A DNA stretch of 64,000 bases, from NCBI RefSeq assembly GCF_042089775.1, contig NZ_JBELKF010000003.1:35767-99766 (forward strand), written 5' to 3'. The DNA is from Palleronia sp. GTDB taxonomy: Bacteria > Pseudomonadota > Alphaproteobacteria > Rhodobacterales > Rhodobacteraceae. This document shows positions 1-8,423 of the stretch, piece after piece; the stretch's first letter is position 1; each line of letters opens with the position of its first letter. The notes beneath the pieces were generated by a model, which searched no databases, was not told the origin of the DNA, and saw only the letters and a program-made list of their open reading frames with translations. The position numbers were made by a program, and so were the translations under genes.

Positions 1-462
1 AAGTTCACCAAGCAGATCGCCTTCAACGTCATTCCCCATATCGACGTCTTCATGGATGACGGCTCGACCAAGGAAGAGTGGAAGATGGTCGCCGAGACCA
101 AGAAGATCCTCGACACCTCGATCAAGGTACAGGCGACCTGCGTGCGGGTACCGGTCTTCGTGGGCCACTCCGAGTCGGTGAACATCGAGTTCGAGGATTT
201 CCTCGACGAGGACGAGGCCCGCGACATCCTGCGCGAGGCGCCCGGGATCATGGTCGTCGACAAGCGCGAGGACGGCGGCTACGTCACGCCGGTCGAGTGC
301 GTGGGCGACTTCGCAACCTTCATCAGCCGCATCCGTCAGGATTCGACGGTCGAGAACGGCATCTCGCTATGGTGTGTCTCGGACAACCTGCGCAAGGGTG
401 CCGCGCTGAACGCGGTGCAGATTGCCGAGCTTCTGGGCCGCGAAGTCCTGAAGAAGGGCTGA
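1..462 (+). CDS. asd: aspartate-semialdehyde dehydrogenase, C-terminal part (5' end outside window)
   Basis: Frame 1 is open from base 1 (KFTKQIAFNVIPHIDVFMDDG...) into track ORF 52..462. VRVPVFVGHSESVNIEF and WCVSDNLRKGAALNAVQIAELL are typical Asd C-terminal segments. Confidence 0.9.
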   Translation, partial: KFTKQIAFNVIPHIDVFMDDGSTKEEWKMVAETKKILDTSIKVQATCVRVPVFVGHSESVNIEFEDFLDEDEARDILREAPGIMVVDKREDGGYVTPVECVGDFATFISRIRQDSTVENGISLWCVSDNLRKGAALNAVQIAELLGREVLKKG

Positions 463-516
463 CGGCATCAGAGGGCCTTGCCGAAACTTGCCGCGATTTC
501 TTCAACATTCCCTCAA

Positions 517-547
517 GATCTGGTGGTCACCATCGGGCCACCAGATC
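517..547. repeat. perfect 10-bp inverted repeat GATCTGGTGG-N11-CCACCAGATC downstream of asd
   Basis: Read directly: 517-526 is the reverse complement of 538-547. No T-run follows, so a terminator versus operator role is unresolved. Confidence 0.6.
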
Positions 548-564
548 GAAAGAGGGTTCGGAAT

Positions 565-672
565 ATGTCTCTGATGGAAAAGGCTCGGCAGGGTCGCGCG
601 AATGCTCTGGCCGCCGTGCAGCGACTGCAGGTGAACGTGTTCGCCGATCTCCTGCAGGTTTTGCCCCGGTAG
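565..672 (+). CDS. possible 35-aa small ORF (MSLMEKARQGRANALAAVQRLQVNVFADLLQVLPR)
   Basis: ATG at 565 inside track ORF 478..672, with AGAGGG 8 nt upstream. Third positions are moderately GC-rich. No family recognised. Confidence 0.2.
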   Translation: MSLMEKARQGRANALAAVQRLQVNVFADLLQVLPR

Positions 673-673
673 G

Positions 674-1321
674 TCAGACCGCCTCGAATACGCCGGTTCG
701 TGGGTCGAGCATCTTCAGGCCGCCCTCCGCGATGTCGTTGTGGCAGCCGTGCAACGACAGACGATCGGCCTCGACGGCTTCCCGCACAAATGGGAAGGTC
801 ATCAGGTTGTCCAGGGACGTCTTGACCGCTTCGTATTCCAGCAGCGTCTGGCGTTCCGCATCCGTGCCCTCGGGTAGCCGCTCGAACCCCGGCCGGAGGA
901 GGTCCATCCAGCGGCCGACGAAGCTGGACTTCTCTTCGAGCTCCGGCGCATTGCCGGAGCACATGTCGTAGCATCCCTTCACGCCGCCACACAGGGAGTG
1001 GCCCATCACGATCAGATGGGTAACTTTCAGGGCCGTCACCGCGAACTCGATCGCCGCGGACGTACCGTGCTGATTACCGTCCGGTTCGTGGGGCGGAACG
1101 AGGTTGGCAATGTTGCGGTGGATGAAGAACTCGCCCTGATCCGCCCCGAAGATCGACGTCACGTGCACGCGGCTGTCGCAGCACGAGATCACCATGGCGC
1201 GCGGGCGCTGACCTTCGTCGGCCAAGCGGCGATACCACGCGTGATTTTCGGCAAAGGTGGTGGCCTTCCAGCCGTGATAGCGAGTGACGAGATATTGCGG
1301 CAGCGGCTTGACGGGCGTCAT
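674..1321 (-). CDS. beta-class carbonic anhydrase
   Basis: Track ORF 674..1321. Zinc-ligand motifs CCDSRV and GHSLCGG are present, and the length (215 aa) fits beta-CA. Confidence 0.9.
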   Translation of the reverse strand: MTPVKPLPQYLVTRYHGWKATTFAENHAWYRRLADEGQRPRAMVISCCDSRVHVTSIFGADQGEFFIHRNIANLVPPHEPDGNQHGTSAAIEFAVTALKVTHLIVMGHSLCGGVKGCYDMCSGNAPELEEKSSFVGRWMDLLRPGFERLPEGTDAERQTLLEYEAVKTSLDNLMTFPFVREAVEADRLSLHGCHNDIAEGGLKMLDPRTGVFEAV

Positions 1322-1458
1322 CTGGCAATCCTTGGTTTTCGATTCATTGCGGATCTAGGCGCGATCATCACTATTTTCCATCGTGTTTTCCGGCCGGTAT
1401 AAACGGGTCTCTTACCGCTCCTGTGGCAATGTCCGAGGTGGGGATAGAGGAGTGGAAG

Positions 1459-1830
1459 ATGACTGTCATAAGTTTGCAACTGCGCGAGAGTGCGCGGCAG
1501 GATACTTGGCGTCTACTCGGCGCCGCACCGGACGATTCCGAACGGGTGGAACGCCTTGGCACGGATCTGGACCAGTTCATGGACGAGCTTAGCAGGGTGT
1601 CCATGGCGTGGCACGACCGAGATACGGATATTCTTCGTAATTCTGCGCGCTGCGTTGCCGAGAAAGCGAGCGCCTTGGGCCTCAACCGCATCGCGCGGGT
1701 CGCGCGGACGGTCGTGATGCTCGGGCGAACGGAGGACAAGGCCGCGCTTGGGGCGAATGTCGCGCGTCTGCTCAGGCTCGGGCAGGGCTTTTTCGAAGAG
1801 GTCTGGGAACTGCAGGATCGTCCCGGCTAG
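1459..1830 (+). CDS. hypothetical helical protein (possible degenerate HPt-like domain)
   Basis: Track ORF 1423..1830. The ATG at 1459 follows GAGGAG. The segment ILRNSARCVAEKASALGLNRIARVARTV resembles the HPt helix (aHxLKGxAxxLG) but has Arg where the phospho-His would be. The assignment is tentative. Confidence 0.45.
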   Translation: MTVISLQLRESARQDTWRLLGAAPDDSERVERLGTDLDQFMDELSRVSMAWHDRDTDILRNSARCVAEKASALGLNRIARVARTVVMLGRTEDKAALGANVARLLRLGQGFFEEVWELQDRPG

Positions 1831-1892
1831 GGATTGCAGCCGCTCATGGGCGCGCTAGGCTCGGCCACCTCACTGACCGCAGGAGCGCGCCC

Positions 1893-3284
1893 ATGTCTCA
1901 ACCCGCAATGACCTTCGCGAAGGATGCCTCCGACGCTCTGCCGCTCAGCGTGGTGGGACCCGAAGGGCTGGACGGCTGGGCCGCGGATGCCAGCCCCGTC
2001 GCGCGGGCGTGGGTCGAGGCGTCGTCGTTCAAGGCTTCTGCGGGTCAGACGCTGGTCGTTCCGGGGGCGGACGGGCGCCCTGAGCAGGCCCTCGTGGGGC
2101 TGGGGCCCGAAGATCGTCGTGCGCAGCACAGGTTCTCGGTCGCCGCGGCGCGCGATGCGCTGCCGGCGGGGGCGTGGCGCATTGCGACATCGTTGCCGCC
2201 AGAGGAACGGGACGAGGCGGCGCTTGGCTGGTTGCTGGAGGGCTACCGGTTCGACCGCTATGCCACGGCTTCGGCGCCTCAGGCCATGCTGGTCGCGCCC
2301 GAAGGGTGTGATGCCCCCCGGCTCGAGGCTATCGCGAGCGGAGAGGCGCTGACCCGCGACCTCATCAACACCCCCGCGCGGGACATGGGGCCGGCCGACC
2401 TGGCCGCGGCGGCAATCGATCTCGCGGCAGAGCTCGGCGCCGAGGCAAAGGTAGTCGAGGGCGCCGAACTGGCCGGAGGCTTCCCGCTGATCCAGGCCGT
2501 AGGTCAGGCCGCGGCCAGTGATCGGGCGCCCCGACTGATCGACATGAACTGGGGCGATTCGGGTCCCCGGGTGACACTTGTCGGCAAGGGCGTTTGCTTC
2601 GACACAGGCGGCCTGAACCTCAAGCCGGGCAGCTCGATGGGGCTGATGAAGAAAGATATGGGCGGCGCGGCCACCGTGCTGGGGCTGGCCCGCATGATCA
2701 TGGCGACAGGGGTGAAGCTGAGGCTTCGCGTGCTTGTCCCCGCGGTCGAGAACGCCGTCGCCGGATCCGCCTTCAGGCCAGGCGACATCCTGCCCTCGCG
2801 CAAGGGGCTGACGGTCGAGGTCAACAACACCGATGCAGAGGGGCGCCTGGTTCTGGCCGACGCTCTGGCCCTCGCTTCGGAGGTCGAGAGCGACATGATC
2901 GTATCGATGGCGACGCTGACCGGCGCCGCCCGCGTGGCCGTCGGCCCCGATCTTGCCCCGTTCTACACGGGTGACGACGGATTTGCCGGCACGCTCGTGG
3001 CTGCGGGCGAGAAGGTGCGCGACCCGCTCTGGCGGATGCCGTTCTGGGCGCCCTACGAGCCGATGATCGAGCCGGGGATTGCCGACCTCGACAACGCGCC
3101 CAAAGGCGGGTTCGCCGGCTCGATCACTGCGGCGCTGTTCCTGCGGCGCTTCGTGACCAAGCCCGAAACCTATACCCATTTCGACATCTATGGCTGGAAT
3201 CCCTCCGCCGCACCCGCCAGGCCGAAGGGCGGCGTCGGGCAAGGCGCACGCGCCCTCTTCGACGCGCTGTCGGACCTGGCATGA
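1893..3284 (+). CDS. M17 family leucyl aminopeptidase-like protein
   Basis: Track ORF 1893..3284. It carries the NTDAEGRLVLADAL signature, VGKGVCFDTGG and MKKDMGGAA, typical of the cytosol aminopeptidase family. Confidence 0.9.
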   Translation: MSQPAMTFAKDASDALPLSVVGPEGLDGWAADASPVARAWVEASSFKASAGQTLVVPGADGRPEQALVGLGPEDRRAQHRFSVAAARDALPAGAWRIATSLPPEERDEAALGWLLEGYRFDRYATASAPQAMLVAPEGCDAPRLEAIASGEALTRDLINTPARDMGPADLAAAAIDLAAELGAEAKVVEGAELAGGFPLIQAVGQAAASDRAPRLIDMNWGDSGPRVTLVGKGVCFDTGGLNLKPGSSMGLMKKDMGGAATVLGLARMIMATGVKLRLRVLVPAVENAVAGSAFRPGDILPSRKGLTVEVNNTDAEGRLVLADALALASEVESDMIVSMATLTGAARVAVGPDLAPFYTGDDGFAGTLVAAGEKVRDPLWRMPFWAPYEPMIEPGIADLDNAPKGGFAGSITAALFLRRFVTKPETYTHFDIYGWNPSAAPARPKGGVGQGARALFDALSDLA

Positions 3285-4108
3285 ACGACCGTCGTCTGAC
3301 CCCCGCGAATGGTCGTGTTGCCGCGCGCGAACTGATGGGCCGGGTCGAGGCCGACCGCTTCGTCGCACCCGAGGCCGCTGCCGTCGCCATTCCCGTGGCC
3401 GACCTGTGGTCCACCCCCGAGCGGACCGCCCGGGACCGCCAGCTGGTGATGGGCGAGGCGGTCGACATCTATGAGCGGCGCGCCGGCATGGCGTTCCTGC
3501 GGGCGCGCCGGGACGGGTATGTCGGCTACGTGGCCGAGGCTGACTTGGGCGAGCCGGTTGCGGCCACGCATATCGTCGGCGTTCCCGCGACACATCTCTA
3601 CCCCGCGCCGGACATGAAGCGGCCAGCCGTCGCGCGCCTGTCCTTTGGTGCGCGGCTCAGGGTCGTGGCGGGCAGTGACCGGTTCTTCGAGGTCGAGGGC
3701 GGCCTTCACGTACCGCGGCCACACCTTGCGCCGGCGAACCGCGCCTTCACCGATCCGGCGAGCGTTGCGCAACTGTTCTTTGGAGTGCCGTATCTCTGGG
3801 GCGGCAACTCGATCGACGGGATCGACTGTTCGGGCCTGGTGCAGGCGGCGTGCCTTGCCTGCCATATCCCCTGTCCCGGCGACAGCGACCTGCAGGAGGC
3901 GGTGGTCGGTCAGGCGCTCGAGGATGAGCCACCCGCGCGCGGGGACCTCTATTTCTGGAAGGGGCACGTGGCGATGGCGGTGGATGCCGAGGTTCTGATC
4001 CACGCGAACGCCCACCACATGGCGGTGGCTTACGAGCCGATCGAGCAGGCAATCGCCCGCATCGAGGCGCAGGGGGATGGTCCGGTTACCTCGCGGCGGC
4101 GGCTGTAA
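3281..4108 (+). CDS. NlpC/P60 (C40) family cell-wall peptidase
   Basis: Track ORF 3281..4108. The catalytic Cys context is GIDCSGLVQAA, with GDLYFWKGHVAM further downstream. The ATG overlaps the upstream stop (ATGA). Confidence 0.85.
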   Translation: MNDRRLTPANGRVAARELMGRVEADRFVAPEAAAVAIPVADLWSTPERTARDRQLVMGEAVDIYERRAGMAFLRARRDGYVGYVAEADLGEPVAATHIVGVPATHLYPAPDMKRPAVARLSFGARLRVVAGSDRFFEVEGGLHVPRPHLAPANRAFTDPASVAQLFFGVPYLWGGNSIDGIDCSGLVQAACLACHIPCPGDSDLQEAVVGQALEDEPPARGDLYFWKGHVAMAVDAEVLIHANAHHMAVAYEPIEQAIARIEAQGDGPVTSRRRL

Positions 4109-4109
4109 C

Positions 4110-4457
4110 CTACTCGATGGCGCGGATGAGCTTGCGGTCGAGGACGCCGAGGACGGCCCGCAAGTCTCCGCCCCGCTTGAGGATCTGCCCGTCCATGCCG
4201 ATTACGGCGTACATGCCCTGCCGTCCCCGCAGCTTCGGACGCTTTTCGATCCGATAGATCGGATGCTCGGCCGTGCGGCGGAAGATCGAGAAGATCGCCA
4301 CGTCCCTCAGGAAGGACATGCCGTAATCGCGCCACTCGCCCGCGGCAACGGCACGGCCGTAAAGGCCGAGGATGAGGTTGAGCTCGTGCCGGTCGAAGGC
4401 GACCTTGGCATGGGGGTCCGGCCGCCCGGGAAACGGCGTGGGTGTCATGACGGTCAT
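4110..4457 (-). CDS. DUF2794 domain protein
   Basis: Track ORF 4110..4580. The conserved core VAFDRHELNLILGLYGRAVAAGEWRDY...FSIFRRTAEHPIYRIEKRPKL begins after the internal Met at 4457, so the exact start is uncertain. Confidence 0.7.
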   Translation of the reverse strand: MTVMTPTPFPGRPDPHAKVAFDRHELNLILGLYGRAVAAGEWRDYGMSFLRDVAIFSIFRRTAEHPIYRIEKRPKLRGRQGMYAVIGMDGQILKRGGDLRAVLGVLDRKLIRAIE

Positions 4458-4607
4458 CTTCAAAAGGTGGGGAAGGCGCGGATGTTTGGCAAGTCCGGAG
4501 ACGTAGCGCCACGAAGATGCCGCGATCTTTCCCCTGAATGACCCGCCGCCGCCCCTGAAAGCGTCACCGGCGGTATCCATGATGGATCCATAGCGAACCT
4601 GCTAGAT

Positions 4608-4647
4608 GGTGCCGCGGCAACCCCTGCCCCCAACCCGCCGCGGCACC
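4608..4647. repeat. perfect 11-bp-stem inverted repeat GGTGCCGCGGC-N18-GCCGCGGCACC in divergent promoter region
   Basis: Read directly from the sequence between the DUF2794 gene and imuB. Confidence 0.6.
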
Positions 4648-4719
4648 TTACCCGCTGACCTGCGGTTTCTCTGCTTTCGATGACTCGACTCTCGGCCCGA
4701 TTCGGCTCTAGCTGGGGTG

Positions 4720-4734
4720 GAACTTAACGTGAAC
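4720..4734 (+). promoter_or_regulatory. candidate LexA (SOS) box GAAC-N7-GAAC
   Basis: GAACTTAACGTGAAC lies 22 nt upstream of the imuB ATG. It is the reverse-strand form of the alphaproteobacterial direct-repeat SOS box GTTC-N7-GTTC. Confidence 0.65.
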
Positions 4735-4756
4735 ATCCTGCTGCCACGGGACGCTC

Positions 4757-6394
4757 ATGGATCATCGACGGATACTTTCGCTGTCGTTCCCGCATCTGGG
4801 GGCGGAACGGCTGCTGCGCCGCGGGACCATTCCCTCCGGGGTGCCCTTGGCCGTCGCCGCGGATCGCGGCGGCGCGCAAGTGGTTGTCAGCGTCAGCCCC
4901 GCAGCTGCGGCGGCCGGCCTGCGGGTGGGGCAGGGGCTCAGGGATGCCCGTGCACTGTGCCCGGACCTCGTGACGAAGTGGGAGGCGCTCGAGGCCGAGG
5001 CCGCATTCCTGTCGGCGCTCGCGCGCTGGCTGGGCAAGTTCAGCCCTTGGATCGCCGAAGAGCCGCCGACGGGCCTCCTCGCGGATCTGACGGGCTGCGC
5101 GCATCTTTTCGGGGGTGAGGCGGCCCTTCTGGCGCGAATCGAGGAGGATTGCGCGGCCCAGGGCCTGACGGTGCAGGCGGGGCTTGCCGATACGGTCGGC
5201 GCGGCCTGGGCACTCGCACGATATGCCGGCCGCGGGGCAGAGGCGGGGCGGTCCGGCGACGCGATAGACCAGGAGGCCCCGGCCACCCGCTCGCGAGCTG
5301 CGAAACGTCGGACCGGCGGTGTCGAGGTAGCACCGAAGATCGCGCCCCGCGGGCGGATTGCCATGCCGGGAGGGACGCGGACCGCCATTGCGCCGCTGCC
5401 CGTGGCAGGGCTCAGGCTTGACGGTGAATTGGTCGCCGAACTTGGCCGCCTGGGCCTCCGGCGCGTCGAGGACCTTGCGAACCAGCCCCGTGCGGCTCTG
5501 GCCCGGCGGTTCGGCCAGCACCTGGTGTTCCGGCTGGACCAGGCGCTTGGCCTCGCGCCCGAGCCGGTTTCGCCCGGTCTGCCCGAGATGCGCTTTGCCG
5601 CCCGGATGAGCCTGCCCGAGCCGATCGGCCTTGAGGCGGACGTCCTGGCGGCGGTGGATCGCCTGTTGCCTGTGCTGTGCGAGAGGCTGCGGCGCAGGGG
5701 GCGCGGGGCGCGGCGGGTCCGGCTGGAATGCCACCGGGCCGACCACACGACCGGGGCGGTCGAAGCGGGACTGGCGCGCCCCTCGTCCGAGCCGGAGCGG
5801 CTGCGGCAGCTCCTGGCGATGAAGGTGGCCGAGATCGAGGCGGGCTTCGGCATCGACATGGTGCGTCTGGTCGCGACCGAGACCGAGCCCGTGGAGGTCC
5901 ACCAGCATCGCGGCCATGTCGAAGCCGCAAGTGATGCCGAGGCGCGGCTGACCGGCACGCCGCTGGACGATCTGATGGGGCGGCTCGGCGCGCGCGTGGG
6001 GCTCGAGCGGATCACCCGGCTGGCGCCCTCGGACAGCCACATTCCCGAGAAGGAGGTGCAGATCCTCGCCGCCGCCTGGTCCGAGCCCGCGACGGGCTGG
6101 TCGGCGCCGCAGATGGCCCGACCGCACCTGATCTGGTCGCCCGAAGCCGTCGCGGCTCCGGAGCGCCCCAAGCCCCCCGCGCAGTTCCGCTGGAGAAACC
6201 GGGACATGGCGGCCGTCAGTGCAGAGGGACCCGAGCGCATCGCCCCCGAATGGTGGCTGGACGACCCGGCCTGGCGGACGGGCGTGCGGGACTACTGGTG
6301 CGTGACCTGCGCGAACGGAGAGCGGCTGTGGATGTACTTTGCCCACGGCGCCGGGCTGTCAGCGGGGTGGTTCTGCCACGGCGCCTTCGTCTGA
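4757..6394 (+). CDS. imuB: ImuB-type Y-family DNA polymerase-like protein
   Basis: Track ORF 4757..6394. The N-terminus RRILSLSFPHLGAERLLRR...AAAAGLRVGQGLRDARALCPDL...ADLTGCAHLFGGE matches the ImuB family pattern. An SOS box lies upstream. Confidence 0.8.
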   Translation: MDHRRILSLSFPHLGAERLLRRGTIPSGVPLAVAADRGGAQVVVSVSPAAAAAGLRVGQGLRDARALCPDLVTKWEALEAEAAFLSALARWLGKFSPWIAEEPPTGLLADLTGCAHLFGGEAALLARIEEDCAAQGLTVQAGLADTVGAAWALARYAGRGAEAGRSGDAIDQEAPATRSRAAKRRTGGVEVAPKIAPRGRIAMPGGTRTAIAPLPVAGLRLDGELVAELGRLGLRRVEDLANQPRAALARRFGQHLVFRLDQALGLAPEPVSPGLPEMRFAARMSLPEPIGLEADVLAAVDRLLPVLCERLRRRGRGARRVRLECHRADHTTGAVEAGLARPSSEPERLRQLLAMKVAEIEAGFGIDMVRLVATETEPVEVHQHRGHVEAASDAEARLTGTPLDDLMGRLGARVGLERITRLAPSDSHIPEKEVQILAAAWSEPATGWSAPQMARPHLIWSPEAVAAPERPKPPAQFRWRNRDMAAVSAEGPERIAPEWWLDDPAWRTGVRDYWCVTCANGERLWMYFAHGAGLSAGWFCHGAFV

Positions 6395-6407
6395 TGGCCG
6401 CCTCTGT

Positions 6408-6683
6408 TCAGCCGCAATAGGCGCGGGTCAGGCGCCCGTTTTCATCGGTCTCGAGGTTCAGGCGCGCGGGGACGTGGTCCATTGTCACCGCGGTGTCCGG
6501 TCCGATCACGCGGCGCCCGCCGGGGCCGGAGCCGTCGATCTCGCTCACGGGGACACCCAGCATCGAACTTTGCAGGCGCTGCGCGGTGGCCTCGCAATCG
6601 CCCCGCTCCGTCGGCGGCGCGGAAGTCGTCTGGCACGCGGCAAGAAGCGCGAGGCAGGTGAAGAAAGTGACAGGGCGGAGCAT
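6408..6683 (-). CDS. lipoprotein, peptidase inhibitor I78-like
   Basis: Internal Met of track ORF 6408..6776. There is a signal peptide plus lipobox (LALLAAC). RVIGPDTAVTMDHVPARLNLETDENGRLTRAYCG resembles the I78 family C-terminus. Confidence 0.65.
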   Translation of the reverse strand: MLRPVTFFTCLALLAACQTTSAPPTERGDCEATAQRLQSSMLGVPVSEIDGSGPGGRRVIGPDTAVTMDHVPARLNLETDENGRLTRAYCG

Positions 6684-6812
6684 GGCACGCACCGGGTTTG
6701 GGTCGGACGCCCCGCAAGATGTGCCGAGTCGCGTCCGAGGAAAGGGCGATTTGACAAGGTCCCCCGCTTCGATCACGGCTGAGGCGACCGTTTCGTGATC
6801 CCAGAGGTGTCC

Positions 6813-7532
6813 ATGCCCGAGCGCAACCGACCGCTCTATGCCGTCCTGATCGACGCCGACAACATTCCGGCGAAATACGCCGACCCGATCCTGAAGGAGA
6901 TCACCAAGTTCGGCGAGCCCGCGCTGCGCCGGGTCTATGGCGACTGGTCATCGGGGCGCCTGTCGAACTGGAGCCAGAAGGTCCGCGACCTCGGCCTCGT
7001 GGCGCACCAGGAAACGGCGAACACCGTCGGCAAGAACGCCAGCGATATCGGCCTCGTGATCGACGCGATGGACATCCTGCATACCGGCCGCTTCGACGGC
7101 TTCGTGCTGGTCAGTTCCGACAGCGACTTCACGGCATTGGCCAACCGCGTGCGCGAGAACGGCCTGGACGTCATCGGCATCGGCGAGGGCAAGGCGCCCG
7201 AGGCCCTGCGCAACGTCTGCAACCGGTTCATCCTGATCGAGAACATCGTGGACGAGCCGGTCCAGCCCGTTCAGGCGGATTCAGGCCGCGCACCCGCGGG
7301 CAAGGTCGCGCCGATCGAGGCGGTGCCGCTGATCCTTCAGGCGATGGACAGGATCGAGCAGGACGACGAATGGTATGCGCTGGGCCAGATCGGCCAGTAC
7401 ATCACCGCCGAGCATCCTGATTTCGACACGCGCACCTACGGCAAGCGCAAGCTGAGCGACCTGGTATCGGAATTGAAGCGGTTCGAGACAAAGAAGATCG
7501 GCAACCAGCTTCACCTGCGCCGGGTGGACTGA
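6813..7532 (+). CDS. NYN (PIN-like) nuclease domain protein with C-terminal OST-HTH/LOTUS domain
   Basis: Track ORF 6795..7532. The ATG at 6813 follows GAGG. LYAVLIDADNIP, ASDIGLVIDAMD and VLVSSDSDF are NYN acidic motifs. The C-terminus DDEWYALGQIGQYITAEHPDFDTRTYGKRKLSDLV is OST-HTH-like. Confidence 0.8.
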   Translation: MPERNRPLYAVLIDADNIPAKYADPILKEITKFGEPALRRVYGDWSSGRLSNWSQKVRDLGLVAHQETANTVGKNASDIGLVIDAMDILHTGRFDGFVLVSSDSDFTALANRVRENGLDVIGIGEGKAPEALRNVCNRFILIENIVDEPVQPVQADSGRAPAGKVAPIEAVPLILQAMDRIEQDDEWYALGQIGQYITAEHPDFDTRTYGKRKLSDLVSELKRFETKKIGNQLHLRRVD

Positions 7533-7541
7533 GCCGCGCTG

Positions 7542-8156
7542 TCAGGTGCCGTAGCGGGCCAGCCACGTCTCGACCGCGCCTTCGAGGACGCGGGTGCGCT
7601 CGGCGGCGGTAAAATCGGGCTGGATGCGCAGGCAGAGGCGCGGAAACACTTCTGCCTTGCACAGTTCGGCGAACTGGTGCGCTGCAAGAGACTTGTCGTC
7701 GATGACAAGCTCGCCCCGCGCGATGGCGAGGTCGAAATAGCGCGTCAGCAGGTTCTCGAGCATTCCGGGGCCGCTCTCCCAGAAGGCACGGCCAATCTCG
7801 GGGAAGCGCTCGCATTCGGCGACCGAGATGCGAAATACCTGCTGCCCGGTTTCCGAAAACATGAAGTCCATCAGCGCAGCGCCGGCAGTGGTGAGCACTT
7901 CGCGCGGCGGGCGCGAGAAATCCAGGTGCTCGACCGCCTCTGCTGCCTGGCGCCGGCATTCGGCCGAAGCGACCTCGACGAAGAGAAGGCGCTTGTCCGA
8001 GAAGTAGCTGTAGAGCGTGGCCTTCGAGACGCCGGCGCGCTTGGCGATGCTGTCGACCGAGGCGCCCTCGAACCCGTCCGACATGAACACTTCGCGCGCG
8101 CCTTCGAGAACCTGGTCGTATTTGCGACCCTTCTTGACCTGCGCTTCGACATTCAT
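7542..8156 (-). CDS. TetR/AcrR family transcriptional regulator
   Basis: Track ORF 7542..8156. The N-terminal HTH reads FMSDGFEGASVDSIAKRAGVSKATLYSYFSDK. Confidence 0.9.
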   Translation of the reverse strand: MNVEAQVKKGRKYDQVLEGAREVFMSDGFEGASVDSIAKRAGVSKATLYSYFSDKRLLFVEVASAECRRQAAEAVEHLDFSRPPREVLTTAGAALMDFMFSETGQQVFRISVAECERFPEIGRAFWESGPGMLENLLTRYFDLAIARGELVIDDKSLAAHQFAELCKAEVFPRLCLRIQPDFTAAERTRVLEGAVETWLARYGT

Positions 8157-8206
8157 GCTGACACCCCTGATGACAACCGCCCGGACACTTTAGGCGGTAA
8201 AGGTCT

Positions 8207-8230
8207 GGGGCGGCAACGATCCGCCGCCCC
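8207..8230. repeat. 8-bp-stem hairpin GGGGCGGC-N8-GCCGCCCC between small ORF and TetR gene
   Basis: Read directly from the sequence. No U-run follows on the minus strand, so a terminator or attenuator role is uncertain. Confidence 0.5.
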
Positions 8231-8264
8231 GACAGGAGTCAGATGGGCGCCGCAGCGGTCTGGA

Positions 8265-8405
8265 TCAATCCCCGTCCGCGGGGACGGTCAGAACGATCGC
8301 AGGTGGTTCGGCCTCCAAATGTTGGGTGATCTCCGGTGCGGCATGGGCACGCGGGGCGCCGAGAGCGCCGGCCAGTATGGCGCCCTTGATGAAGGTGAAG
8401 GTCAT
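8265..8405 (-). CDS. possible 46-aa exported peptide (MTFTFIKGAILAGALGAPRAHAAPEITQHLEAEPPAIVLTVPADGD)
   Basis: Hand translation; the ORF is below the track cutoff. GAGGAG lies 5 nt upstream of the ATG. The N-terminus is signal-peptide-like and ends AHA-AP. About 74 percent of third positions are G/C. It is co-oriented with the downstream TetR gene. Confidence 0.3.
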   Translation of the reverse strand: MTFTFIKGAILAGALGAPRAHAAPEITQHLEAEPPAIVLTVPADGD

Positions 8406-8423
8406 GAGAGACTCCTCATTATG

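Noticed and set aside
1371-1739. 122-aa minus-strand ORF as an alternative to the plus-strand hypothetical gene at 1459..1830.
   Set aside because: Its translation is Ser/Arg-rich without structure-like periodicity. The plus-strand frame has an SD (GAGGAG), helical heptad-like sequence and better third-position bias. Neither is proven.
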